Counted from the stretch's first letter, positions 37,041-50,115 are shown. The stretch is 64,000 nt of DNA from Octopus sinensis (GCF_006345805.1 NC_042998.1:50530001-50594000), one strand, 5' to 3'. Program-made: numbers and translations. Notes: generated by a model not told the origin, from the sequence alone.

Positions 37041-39779
37041 AACAACTCATACTAAAACATCAAATCCTTATAATACGTAAAACGCCCAACGGTAGAAACA
37101 TCACTCAGATTTACCTTCTGTCAGTCAAATATTAAACACGTCCTAAGAAAATAACACAATACTCAGACAAACGTTGCTAATCTTATATACAGAACAGTAG
37201 CAACGCATTTAAAATCAACAAAATTCTCAAACGGAACATCGCAGAAGAGCCGTTATTTCACTCCAGCAATTTAAGTTATGGCTTTTGTACATCTACACAA
37301 AACAGACATAGAGCCTCATACACAGTAACAGGACGCGGTTATATCCTTCTACCACTTTCTCAATGCAAATTCACAATACTCCACTCTACAACAACCACTC
37401 AGAAAACTGTCTTCAAAGAAATAAACTCAGATGTCTCTAACAAATCCAGCAGCACCTTTTAACCGGTAATATCAAGTACCCCCAACTCAACAACATGTAT
37501 GTACCATACACACAGAACAGAAAAATGCCAGAATTATCAAAAATACCATTTCAGTATTCACAGGACATATGGAAGATAGACCGAATAATGAAGCAAAACA
37601 GCGCACAAAATATAGAGCAATCACAGGAACTTTATACTTTTGTTCTTTATTTGTCTCGGTCATTGAAATGCAACCATGCTGGGATATTGCATATTTGTAC
37701 AAAAAAGGATGACACTAATGTGTAAACAATATATTTTATCTATATCTGATTATGCTAACCCTGCTTGAGCAACGAAGAATAGAAAACAACATACTTCGTA
37801 TCGCCACAATTTTGTATACTATCTACATTCACAAAGAATATGACAAAGGCGCTCATAATGAAACACAGGGCCTAGTTTGAACTTTGTAGAGTCCCATTAA
37901 TTGTTGGAGCTGAAGTATTTTCTTCCTTGAAGAGCATGGTCAGTCTTTGACATGCAGTACCAGTTATGTAACTAAATTCATGATTTACAGATCGTACCTT
38001 TGCATTTGACAGAATTCTTACACGTCATAGATCTTCTGAAGGAGAGAGGGTCTTCAGTTTAACAACATAAACCAAGTGCTATTATGTCCACAGTTATAAA
38101 CTCTAAGTTTGATGTACAACCCCCATATGTTTTATTTCTCATTGACATTTTAAGTTTCATTTATTCATGAAATAGTGTTTATGTCTGCTCAATTATTTCC
38201 ACAATGGTGAATGTCTTTCAAATTCTGTGCAACATGACTATGTCCAGTCTGTTTAAATTTACAATTCACTGATACTTCATTTAACATATTCCACCAATAT
38301 ATTTTTAAGTCTGTTTTCAATACTTTCTATGCTTCCGTAGTTTCATATATGTCCATTTTCTAGAGTTTCCTTTCTATGAATTGCATTGTATCATATTTTT
38401 GACACTACGCCATAGCTCCATAGATAGGTTATTCAGGGATATTTTCGGACAGTATAGTCTTCACTGTAATGACTAAAGTGGAACAGGCAGAATCATTAAG
38501 TAAACGTAAAAGAATGTAGGATGGTTGATGTAACCAAATAGAATTGTTTCAAGAATAAAAGTCAGGAAATTGGTCAGTAGTTCTTTGTCTTGTTAATGGC
38601 TTTGTTCTTTGTTACCAACTATGTTTCCGCTGGTGACAACGGTTCATTGTATTGAATCCCTTGTTGGGAGGATTTATTAATAAGATGGTCGGCATTGCAC
38701 ATACATATACTTAAAGAAAGAGAGTCACGTATACAATAGTAATGAAGGACACAATTCTTTGGGAAAATATTCCAGCTTTTGATTTGGTAGGAACCAATAA
38801 TGTATGTGAGTGTACATGAGCGGGTGTATGTGTATGTATGTGCTGTGCATGCGCATACGTAAGGAATAGGCGCAGGCATGGTCGGATGGCCATTTATTTC
38901 ATTCGAAATTACATTCAGCATTTTTGAACCAGTGAATACTTTCATAGATAACAATACGGAGCCTTGTCCAAAATACTATAGGTCTCATATATAAGGAGTT
39001 TAATAAATTCGAACTTTACAACACATAATATTACATATATAGGATACTTTCCAATTGTGTTTTACCATTTCTATGTATTGGACCAAACCTAGAATTTTCA
39101 TGGATGAAACTGTATAGAAGCCCGTCAGACTGTACCTGCAATTCAAAGGACCAGTTTTGTCACACACTGTATTAAATCGGGTATGCCTGGGAAGTTATGT
39201 TAAAAGCAGGGATCCTGACCATTCGGTACCGGACTGTACAAAAAGAATAGATTTTTTAATCGTTTTTCTATTTTATTGGCTATCACATTGTATTTTATTT
39301 TGAAAAATTATCCCTTCAGCCGGCACCTCTTTCCCTGTACGTGCCTAAGTCACATTTTTTTCTTTCATGCACCGAGAAATGAAGCCCACAAGCTAACTGT
39401 AACTACATTAAGAGCGTTAAATTCCTTTGTTTTACATTCAAGAAAAATTTAATGCTTACTGGTGTTTCCTCGCGCCTTTGGTGAGACCAGTCCGAGGTGC
39501 AAAATGAGGTTGGGCTCTTTATTAATGGAGAGACAAAACAGAGGTTTTCTTCACCGTGGTTTTGATAAAGTTCAAAACTTTAAAAACCATCTTAATTTTA
39601 ATAAACGTGTAAATTTCTTCGCCCTTTTTCAATCCTCACATGTCCCGTAAAGGAGTCCCATCTGGTCCCTCCTGTGAGAAACAGTATCTCTGGATGATTC
39701 ATTCTGGGTTGGTGGTGTTTATCACTATTTTAACGCCGATCAAGCTGGTTATCTCCAAGTTAACTCTGAAAACATACTA

Positions 39780-40230
39780 TAGTAAATAATCCTTTCTACT
39801 AGAGACACAAGACCTAGAATTGTTTAAGGTAGGGACTAATGGATTACATCGACCCCAGTGCTCAACTGGTACTTATTTCATCGACGAAAGGCAAAGTCAA
39901 CCTCGGCGGAATTTGAACTCAAGCCGCACAGACGGATGAATTGCTGCTAAGCATTTTGTCAGGCATGCTAACGATTCTGCTGGCTAGATACGTTTATGCT
40001 AAACCCTACTAAAGGCACAAGGCCTGGAATTATTTAAGGTAGGTGCTCAGCTGGTACTTGATTTATCGACTCTGAAATGATGCAAAGCAAAGTCGATCTC
40101 GGAGGAATTTGAACTCAGAACATAAAGACAAATGCCGCTACGCATTTTACATGGCGTGCTAACGATTCTGCCAGCTCGCAGTCTTTATGCTGCTATAAAT
40201 AATGATTTCAAATTTTGGCACAAGGCCAGC
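39780..40230 (-). mobile_element. Two tandem SINE family A (A2 tail) copies
   Basis: Two reverse-complement cores, each with a cacaaggcc/cacaagacc tail. Confidence 0.7.
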
Positions 40231-41288
40231 TGTGCTACTATGAATAACAGCATGTAAATATTGGACTAGAAAAAATCTTTTGTGAGTGGAAAAAGTTGAA
40301 GGCTGCCAGTGGTGCACTTCTTGTGTAGACATGACATTTTCTATCCTAAAGGGTTATAAAACCCAACTTTCATTATACTACTATTGAAACTTTCTGTGCA
40401 TCGAGATCGGTGTTCCAAGCAAGCAAAAAAAAAAAATTATTTCACGTTCTCTCGAAAACTTTATAAATTCTTATGACGTCATCATCAAACCATATTATTT
40501 TCTCTTAGGGAATAAGCGTAACGTTTCATAACACCTGAATTTGCCACATTTACTTCAATTCTGATTGTTGTCATTTCGCTAGACATACACATTGTTGATA
40601 CGCTTGAGAACGACCTGGACATCACATAGTTCTATATATAGAGTGTCTTGTATCTGTATAAGAAATCAATAACGAGAGTTGTTTAGCACAGCTTTGGTCC
40701 ATTAAACTGAAAACACTTATTCGTCTACGTTACATTTATTACATTTGCTCCACACAAACTTCTTGATTCCGTTTCTATTTTGTTTTTTTCTTTTGTTGGA
40801 TTAAAAATTTTTTTATATCTATCAGGAACGGTGGTTTGATATACTACATAATAATATATTGCTAGCCAACACACACACAGAAAACACACACACCACACAT
40901 ACACACACAGAGACACACAGACACAGAGAAACACGCACACACAGACATACACACATGCGCACTATATGTTTGTGTAAGCACATGTGTGTGTGTGTGTGTG
41001 TGCTTATTAAAATTTTAAAAGATAATGGGTGATAGTGACTTCGAATTTTCGGTTTACTCGCCTTCATCACAGTCTTTCGGAAGCAAGCAAACCGAAACAC
41101 CGAAATAACTGTCAACCTTTTCTTTGCAAAAGTTTAATAAGCATGTATGTGCTCTGCTAAAATTAGGTAATACTTCAGTTTAATGTTGAATTGTTCTCAA
41201 ATATATATATATAAAAAAAATTCAGGGTGAATACTTGATAACAGTAAGCACCTGTATATGCCAGTTAGTGGCGTAGGTGATAGGGTAT

Positions 41289-41578
41289 ATTTATCAAAAG
41301 AAAAACAGGATGCAAAGGATTTAGCGGTACATATGTTTCTGGCTTTATTAGACAGTTTATATCAATGCATAATTGATGTAATATGTATGTCAATAGCCTT
41401 CTTCAACCGCGCACAATTACCACACCGAAGACATGTATTTGGTGTGGTAATTGTGCGCCGCTGAAGAAGGATATTGACATACATATTACATCAATTATGC
41501 ATTGATATAAACTGTCTAATAAAGCCAGAAACATATGTACCGCTAAATCATTTGCATCCTGTTTTTCTTTTGATAAAT
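41289..41578. mobile_element. Penelope-like fold-back cassette
   Basis: Arms 41289-41427 and 41441-41578; followed by (TA)n. Confidence 0.8.
41457..41543 (+). ncRNA. Type I HHR with long stem II; mirror copy on - at 41324-41410
   Basis: gccg CTGAAGA a ggat..agcc a GAAA catatg T A ccgc. The mirror copy has gcgg TTGAAGA a ggct..agcc. Confidence 0.6.
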
Positions 41579-41579
41579 G

Positions 41580-41618
<39 letters not shown>

Positions 41619-41619
41619 G

Positions 41620-41833
41620 CATACCACTCTCCGCATCACCGATGCTGTCCAAGGGAAATGCAAAGGCCGATACAACTTGGCATAAGTGACGTCGCAAATC
41701 ATTTCTACAGAAGAGTGAACTGCAAAAACTGGAAAATAAAGTGTCTTGCTTAAGAACACAACACAACACAGTCGTCGGTTCGAACTCACAACTTTACGAT
41801 TGTAAACCCGAAGCTCTAACCATTGAGCCATGC
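41620..41833 (-). mobile_element. SINE family C
   Basis: The - strand has tggctcaatggttagagcttcgggtttacaatcgtaaagttgtgagttcgaacc (tRNA head) followed by the gtgttcttaagcaagacactttatttt core. Confidence 0.75.
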
Positions 41834-42277
41834 ACTTTTTGTGTGCGGGTGCCTGTGTGTTTGTAATATATATAGTGTTCTATCATGGCCACAGCCTTTT
41901 GACTGAAACATATAAAACAATAAAAGAATGTATATATAAATTAGTAGTCTATGATATGGATTCGAAGAATCGTATGTCTATCACAAAAAGCTCCCCTTAC
42001 GGACTCGGCTAACAGTTCTCATGGGAATCCAGTACAAAGAAGTGTAGTGTAGAGTGTCCATGTAACTGAAAACCAGAAGATCCGACTGATGGAATTATTT
42101 CACGAAGAGTATGTAAACCATAAAATAAGGAAGTAAGAGAGGTGAAAAAAATATATATATTTCAGCAAATGACATCCTTGGGATTACGATCATTTCGCAA
42201 CCTTCTTCGTGTAGAATGAAGTATGGAAGAAATTATGCCTACACGTTCGCGTTAATATGTGCTAGCAGTAATGTGGC

Positions 42278-42712
42278 GAACTGGCAGAAACGTTAGCACG
42301 TCGGGCGAAATGCGTAGCCGTATTTCGTCTGTCGTTACGTTGTGGGTTCAAATTCCGCCGAAGTCGACTTTGCCTTTCATCCTTTCGGGGTCGATAAATT
42401 AAGTACCAGTTACACACTGGGTCGATGTAATCGACTTAATACCTATGTCTGCCCTTGTTTGTCCCTTCTATGTTTAGCCCCTTGTGGGTAATAAAGAAAT
42501 AGGTATTTCGTCTGTCGTTACGTTCCCAGTTCAAATTCCGCCGAGGTCGACTTTGCCTTTCATCCTTTCGGGGTCGATAAATTAAGTACCAGTTACGCAC
42601 TGGGGTCGATGTAATCGGCTTAATACCTATGTCTGTCCTTGTTTGTCCCCTCTGTGTTTAGCCCCTTGTGGGTAATAAAGAAATAGGTATTTCGTCTGCC
42701 GCTACGTTCGAC
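42278..42712 (+). mobile_element. Tandem SINE family A1 (head plus repeated body units)
   Basis: Body restarts at gtatttcgtctg after aaagaaatag at 42503 and 42687. Confidence 0.85.
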
Positions 42713-43230
42713 TTATTTTAGAACATGGTTGAGTCCATAAAATAGGATTTGACTACACCTCTATTTAGAGCACAGTTTAAGCTATCTTTTTGTGGAAGAA
42801 GGTTTATGATCTTATAACCTGTGTTAATTCTGTAACCCTTTAAAATGGAAGATAAGAAATTTCATTTTCGGCACTTGATACTTTGGGAACCAGACAAAAA
42901 TTGCTGCAGCTCGGCTGGGATGTGTTACCCCACCCTCCATATTCACCAGATATTGCTCCTTCAGATTTCCACTTATTCAAGTCTCTGCAGAATAGTCTTA
43001 ATGGTAAAAATTTCAATTCCTTGGATGACATAAAAAGATACCTTGATGAATTATTTGCCATGAAACCACCACAATTCTGGGAAGAGTGTATTTTCAAGTT
43101 AAAGGAAAGATGGAGACGCATTGTGCAATAAAATGTTTCATATTTGGCTGATTAAAAATGTAATGGCAAGTATTTATTGACCTTTTTCTTTCTTTTAAAA
43201 ATCGGCACGAACTTACCGGACAACTCAGTA
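42713..43230 (+). mobile_element. Internally deleted mariner (DD34D-type) transposon
   Basis: N-terminus MEDKKFHFRHLI fused to LGWDVLPHPPYSPDIAPSDFHLFKSL..ERWRRIVQ; right TIR aaaatcggcacgaacttaccggacaactcagta. Confidence 0.9.
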
Positions 43231-43469
43231 CTTTGATTTAACTGTGTCGCTATATTTAGCCACCCGTCTTCCTATCTTCTATCGATCAACGAATCTATCA
43301 ATCCACATAGAGACATCGACAGTTTGGATATATAGAAACGGTTAAACATAAAAACCTTTAACAACAAACTTTTATTTTTAGTGTCTATCAAAATATTCTG
43401 TTATACAACGTTTAAAATTATGCTACTGCTTTCAGTCAACATTCGCTCATTCTCTTTTTCGGACTCTGT

Positions 43470-43612
43470 GAGAGCACGTGGCTTAATGGTTAGGGGCATT
43501 CGGCTTACGATCGTAAGGTCGTGAGTTCAATTCCTGGCGACGCGTTTTGTCCTTGTGCAAGACACTTATTTCACGTTCTCCAGTCCACTCAGCTGGCAAA
43601 AGTGAGTAGGTA
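43470..43612 (+). mobile_element. SINE family C, 5' half
   Basis: cgtggcttaatggttagggg..gtgagttcaattcctggcgacgcg..gcaagacacttatttcacg. Confidence 0.75.
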
Positions 43613-44010
43613 AGGCGGCGAGCTAACAAAATCGTTAGCACGCCGGGCGAAATGTTCAGCTGTATATCGTCTGCCGTTACGTTCTGAGTTCAAATTCCGC
43701 CGAGGTCGACTTTGCCTTTCATCCTTTTGGGGTCAATTAAATAAGTTCCAGTTACGCACTGGGGTCGATATAATCGACTTAATCCGTTTGTCTGTCCTTG
43801 TTTGTCCTCTCTGTGTTTAGCCCCTTGTGGGTAGTAAAGAAATAGGTATTTTGTCTGCCGCTACGTTCTGAGTTCAATTCCAGTGAGGTCGACTTTGCTT
43901 TTCATCCTTTCGGGGACAATGGATTAAGTACCAGTTACGTACTGAGGTTCAATCTAATCGACTGGCTCCCTCCCCCAAAATTTCGGGCCTTGTGCCTAGA
44001 GTAGAAGCGA
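43613..44010 (+). mobile_element. Tandem SINE family A (A1 unit then A2 unit)
   Basis: Second body starts at 43846 and ends with the A2 tail ccccaaaatttcgggccttgtgcctagagtag. Confidence 0.85.
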
Positions 44011-44263
44011 TTCTCTTTTTCAGACTCACTTTTTGTCACTCCTTTTAACATGTTTATTTTGGTCGCTCTCTCTACCTCCGTCTAACGTAATAGCAATACC
44101 TTTCTGTCTCTCTCTCTCCTTCTCTTCCGTACCTTTCACCCATTCTCTCTCTCGCTCCCTATTTCCCCCCTCTCTCCTCCCCTCTCCCCTCTTTCCCTTT
44201 CTATCTCCCTCTTGAACTAACTCTTGCAGTGGCCTTCTCTGCCTCTAAGTGCTCCCTCCCTCC

Positions 44264-44310
<47 letters not shown>

Positions 44311-44520
44311 CCTATCTATCTATCTATCTATTTATCTATCTTCCTTTCTTTAACCTCACCACCCAACATCATCCGTTTACTAAACATTGTATTTGTAATT
44401 CTCTAACTCTATGCCCCTCCCTTCAGTTAAACACGTGACAGTGTAAGCGTATTAATATATAGATTCTCGGCATTATACAATGCAATTATATAAGTATATG
44501 TGTATTTATATAGCTATGTG

Positions 44521-44558
<38 letters not shown>

Positions 44559-44604
44559 AGTGTTCATATTTATATATATTATATATACATATAAAATATA
44601 TATG

Positions 44605-44780
44605 GCTGTTTGGTAAATAGCTTGCTTACCAGCCACATGGTTCCTGGTTCATTCCCATTGCGCACCTTGGCAAGTGTCTTCTACTATAGCCTCGGGCCGA
44701 CCAAAGCCTTATGAGATTTGGTAGACGGAAACTGAAAGAAGCCCGCCATATATATGTATATATATATATATATGTGTGTG

Positions 44781-44812
<32 letters not shown>

Positions 44813-45028
44813 CGTATATGTTTGTGTGTCTGCGTTTGTCCACCCAACATCACTGGACAACCGGTGCTGGTGTGTTTACGTCCCCGTAACTTAGCGGTTC
44901 GGCAAAACAGACCGAAAGAATAAGTACTAGGATTCCAAAGAATAAGCCTTGGGATCGATTTGCTCGACTAAAGGCGGTGCTCCAGCATGACCGCTGTCAA
45001 ATGACTGAAACAAGCAAAAGAGATTAAC
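44605..45028 (+). mobile_element. SINE family B, near full length
   Basis: Same modules as 14345-14757. Confidence 0.85.
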
Positions 45029-45679
45029 AATGAACACACACACACACACACATGAATTTGGATGTACCAACAAAAAGGAAATATAGAACTTATTTGTTCA
45101 AGAGAAGCTCTATATTTACATTTTGAGAATGTTATCGAAAGCAAATATCAGGGTAGTAGGAGACACGAGTTTTTAACAACAACGGAATATTGCATCTTTT
45201 TTTTTTTTTTGCTTTTTTTTATCTGGCATTTATTCATTAGTCAACAGTTGTTCAGGTGTGCTAGTTTGGAAAATATTATTGTTAATCTTTAATTCTTTAA
45301 TTCTTGAGCAGTTTGCTATTACATGTTGAATAGTTTCACACCTCCAACTGGGAGTGTTTGTCAGTTCTTGCTTAGTGAGTTAACTTGGTAATAATTATTG
45401 CATTTGTTGCTGTTAAGTCTGTTTAGCTGCTGAGAATACTCGCAAACTGTTGTATTAAATCATCACGTCTTATTAAGCGTCTTCAAAATTTGTTAGACGC
45501 TAAATTTCTTGGGCACGCAAATCAGTTAGTTTTTATACATCGTCTAAGGGGATAGCAGCTTTATCGTGGACTCTTCTGCCAATGGTTCGACAATTTCTTG
45601 CGGAGCAACCTGCAAAGATGATTTGCTAATAGTAATCAAATGCTTTTGCCGTATATTAGACCACTCCATCCGTCAAATC

Positions 45680-45860
45680 GACTTTGCTTGTGCACGTGCA
45701 CGTTGCGCAACACACATCAGATGTCGAAGTGATGCGATCGCAGAGCAATGTGAAATGAAGTGTTTGGCTGAAGAACTCAATGCACTGCTCAATCTGAGAA
45801 TCAAATCCACGAATTCGCGATCGAGAGTTCGATTTACTAACTATTGAGTCATGCACTCTC
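45680..45860 (-). mobile_element. SINE family C, degenerate
   Basis: gcaatgtgaaatgaagtgtttggctgaagaactcaatgc resembles the family C core. Confidence 0.5.
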
Positions 45861-46429
45861 AACAAATGAAATAGTCGCAGCAATGTAATTTGTCATCGAG
45901 ATGTATTTTGAGAGTGGAGGACTTTTTTTTTTCAGCATCTGAAGGAGTGAGTTGAACAGTTCTACTGTTAAACCTATATCCACTGTGCCCAAAACATTTA
46001 TCGATGATACTATCACTCAAAGTACTAGAATCTTTAGGAGGTAGTAGGTTTCACAAGGTATATAGTTGCTTCTGCTGCTTCGAGCTATAAGAATTAGGAT
46101 GTTTTCTGTACGATATTACAACGCGATTAGAAAATTTCGTCGGTGGATATAGTGAAATAGCTGATAATGTTGCTAATTAGATTTCTTTCATGATTGTAGA
46201 TGTTGATAGTGGTTGAGTTAATACAAATTATATACTTACAGTTGAATCTTCTTTTTAATATCATTATCATCAGGTTGAACGATTTGCCAGGAGCAATGCA
46301 ACTCTTACACGATCGAGCGATGCAGTATGGACGTTTAAACCGGGTTTTAGTCACCTTCGTTTTTCGCTAGCTGAAATACCTCATCTGTGCATACCATGAC
46401 TACAGACGATAGCAATATTACATTAATTG

Positions 46430-46650
46430 AACGAAGCGAGCTGACAGAATTGTTACAACACCGAGCAAAATGTTTAGCAACATTTAGTCCATCTTTACAT
46501 TCTAAGTTCAAATTTTACCGAGGTTGACTTCGCCTTTCACCTTTTCGGGGTCGATAAAATACAGACCAGTTGAACACTAGGATCGATGTAATCGACTGAC
46601 CTACTCCCCGAAACTGCTGGCCTTATGCCAAAATTTGAAATCAGTATTAC
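46430..46650 (+). mobile_element. SINE family A (A2 tail)
   Basis: Head, core and ggccttatgccaaaatttgaaa tail. Confidence 0.7.
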
Positions 46651-46949
46651 ACTAACCGAACTGGTTGATCCTGGCCTTTAACAGTTTGTTGTCAGCTCAT
46701 CTGCTCAGCATTTGGAGATACTCGCCGTTCAAACAAAATATTTATCTGCTGAAATAGTTAACATCCACCATGCTGTGTCCCATAATGTCAATGCACCTTG
46801 TTTCGGGGCGTTATATGGTGTTTAAACCCCACTCTGACTGGTGCTATTACTCCGGGTCAGAGCAGACCTGGAAACAATAACAGTTAATAAATAGTTCCAC
46901 ACACTTCAAAACCCTGGAACTCCAGAACATATATATATATTTGTGTGTT

Positions 46950-47130
46950 CATACATCTACATTATATATATATATAATATACATATTTATGTATATGTTA
47001 TATATATATATATATATATATAATAATAATATATATATATATATTATATATATATATATATTATGTATATGTGTTATATATATATATATATATATATATA
47101 TGATATATATATATATATATATGTATATGT

Positions 47131-47215
<85 letters not shown>

Positions 47216-47255
47216 CTTGATGTATATGTATATGTATATGTATATATATATATAT
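46950..47255. repeat. (TA)n-rich microsatellite
   Basis: Direct reading. Confidence 0.95.
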
Positions 47256-47419
47256 CATCAATCTGGTCGAAACTTCGAAGTTACTGTCAACAACCTTTTT
47301 GCAGAAGAATAATTCATTTGTACTCTACAAAAATATAGAGTAACCCATAAGATAAATGCAAAATTGCTCTTATTACAACTAAACATAGAAACATTAGTGT
47401 GTGTGTGTGCGCGCACGTA

Positions 47420-47750
47420 TACTAATGGCACTCCGTCGGTCACAACGACGATTGTTCTGTTCCATTCGATGAAACAGCCTGCTCATGAAATTAACGTGCA
47501 TGTTGGTGAACACTCCACTAATACGTGTATATTTAACGTAGCTTTCAGAGAGATTCAGCGTGACATAGATTTACAGGTACAATCCATTTGAATTACAGGT
47601 ACAAACCCATTTTTGCCGGCTAAGAAGACTGGAGCTACGTGAAATAAAGTGTCTTTCTTAAGGATGCAACGCATATCTAGGAATCAGCTTACGATCTTAC
47701 TATCGTAAGCCGAATACCCTAACCACTAAGCCACGCACTTTCACGGGGAA
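47420..47750 (-). mobile_element. SINE family C head with an alternative tail
   Basis: The - strand has the gtggcttagtggttagggtattcgg head and a tail ending ..gcacgttaatttcatgagcaggctg..cgacggagtgcca. Confidence 0.6.
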
Positions 47751-48454
47751 TGTAATGAACGAGTGATAAAAGACGGTATATGAGGAGAGCAAGGAAGCAG
47801 AAGTTCAGTTTTGACAGATAAACATTATTTTAATTGATGTTGAATGAATGAGAAGATAATGACAAGTGGGGCAGGGGAAGGTAAAACGAGAAAGCAGCAG
47901 GAAATATATGATCATGTTTGGATAGGTTCCTGATATCTGGAAATCGCGAGAGGTTTAAGTGAAGATAAGTGAAAGAAGAAGGAGTGGGAACATATGGGAG
48001 AGTATGGGAGAGTATGGAGAGAGTATGGAGAGAAGCAAAATGTGTGAATATGTTAAAGGTTAAGATACTTTCGAGAGGTGATAAGCGGCGGGGGAAAGGA
48101 ATATGTTGGAATATAAAGAGAGGAGGACGATATGGGGAATTTTGAGACGAAGGAGAGAAAGGAAGAGCGGGTGAAGGAGAGTTGACAGGAAGGGAGATCA
48201 AATGAGTGAAAGGGAAGAGTTGAATGGTGGGTTGGAGAGATTACATAAGGATGACTAAAGTAGAATGTTAGAATAGAAATATTATGAAACGAGAAGCAGT
48301 GAGAAAGAGACAACAAGATGAAAAATAAAAGGAGACAAAGTGATACATACATACATATATATGTGTGTGTGTGTGTGTGTGTATTGAGAGGGAAAGAGAG
48401 GGAGAGAGATAGTAAATGAAGGGAATCATGTGAGATGAACATGTGTGTGTGTGT

Positions 48455-48524
48455 GTTTGTGTCTGTATGAGTGCCTTTGCATGTGTGTGAGTACATATTC
48501 ATACATACACACGCGAGCACACGC

Positions 48525-48556
<32 letters not shown>

Positions 48557-48920
48557 ATATATATATACATATATGTGTATATATATATGTGTGTGTTATA
48601 TATATATGGTGTATATATATATATATATATGTGTGTGTGAGGTTATGATATATATGTTGTGTGTGTGTGTGTGTATGTATATATATATTATATATAATAC
48701 ACACACACACACACATATATATATATACACTCACACACACATATATATATATATATATACACACATATATATAATACACAACACATATATATATACACAT
48801 ATATTATATATATATACACACACACACATATATATATATATATATGCGTGTGCTCGCGTGTGTATGTATGAATATGTACTCACACACATGCAAAGGCACT
48901 CATACAGACACAAACATATA
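48455..48920. repeat. Fold-back of a microsatellite-rich segment
   Basis: Unique ~75 bp at ~48455-48530 is mirrored at ~48843-48920, and the intervening TA/TG tracts are roughly symmetric. Confidence 0.85.
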
Positions 48921-49351
48921 TATATATATATATATGAAGAGAGAGAGAGAATATGAAAGGTTAAAAATAGTTTGGAGTCGTGATAAAAAAACGAATAGAG
49001 TCAAATATTAATATAAGATAGAGGGCAGGAAATTGAACAAGAGAGAGAGGGGGATGGGGGAGGAAGAAAGGGTGATGGAGGTAGGGGAGTGAGTGAGAGT
49101 GAGTTAGTTATAAACAGCGAAAAAGGACTCACAGAAAGACGGGAGATGTGTTTGTATGTATGTGTGTATGTATGTATGTATGTATGTATGCAAGCATGTA
49201 TGTATGCGTGAGAGTGCGTTCGTGTGTATGTGTAAAGAGTGAAAAAGTGAGAGAGAGAGAGGGGGGAAGTGAGGATTCAAAGAAAGAAGAGAGAGTAAGA
49301 GATAGAAAATACATATAGCATGGAACAGGAAAAAGCAGATCTGATAATCTA

Positions 49352-49403
<52 letters not shown>

Positions 49404-49540
49404 GACACACAGAGCGGTTAACACATGGGGATCGTGGTGAATGTGAATGTCGGTGTTACAGAAATGGGAAGAAAATAGAAAAGGAGGAGGAAGGAAAAGA
49501 TAGTTAGAGTGGGAGGAGGAAAGCAAGATTAACACAGAGA

Positions 49541-49598
<58 letters not shown>

Positions 49599-49707
49599 AT
49601 GTGCGTACGCATTTATGCATGCGTATGCGGCCGATTTTATGTGCTTGTGTTTGCCAATTGGGATATGATAAGATTATGTTAGAATACAGATGAGTATAAA
49701 AACGTGA

Positions 49708-49772
<65 letters not shown>

Positions 49773-49787
49773 GATATATATATATAT

Positions 49788-49846
49788 GGCGGTGCCCAGC
49801 ATGGCCACAGCTCGTGAGCTGAAACTAGAATCAATCAATCAATCAA
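49788..49846 (+). mobile_element. Extreme 3' tip of a CR1-type LINE or SINE
   Basis: ggcggtgcccagcatggccacagctcgtgagctgaaactagaa followed by (tcaa)n. Confidence 0.65.
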
Positions 49847-49847
49847 T

Positions 49848-50115
49848 AAAATAAGCAACAAGAATGACTCCGGTAAGTTAGTACGATCGTTTCGTACTAC
49901 ATCATTTATTAAATGTTGTAAGTATTACAACAGATTTAAAATGCCGAGTACTCATCAGCCAATTATACAGGTTTTCGGCATTAATGGAAAACCTCTATAA
50001 TTGGCTGATGAGTACTCGGCATTTTAAATCTGTTGTAATACTTACAACATTTAATAAAATGATGTAGTACGAAACGATCGTACCAAATTAACGGAGTCAT
50101 TCTGTTGCTTATTTT
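49848..50115. mobile_element. Penelope-like fold-back cassette
   Basis: Arms ~49848-49976 and ~49987-50115. Confidence 0.8.
49998..50090 (+). ncRNA. Type I HHR with long stem II; mirror copy on - at 49874-49965
   Basis: taattgg CTGATGA gtact..catttta..tgttgtaa tac ttacaaca..taaaatg..agtac GAAA c gatc g T A ccaaatta. Confidence 0.8.

Noticed and set aside
37450-38950. Possible gene, UTR or GIY-YIG remnant (KYIGG on - near 38300)
   Set aside because: No sustained ORF and a single weak motif; not enough to call.
40474-40481. TGACGTCA (CRE) palindrome as a promoter element
   Set aside because: One 8-mer in 64 kb is expected by chance, and no associated gene is visible.
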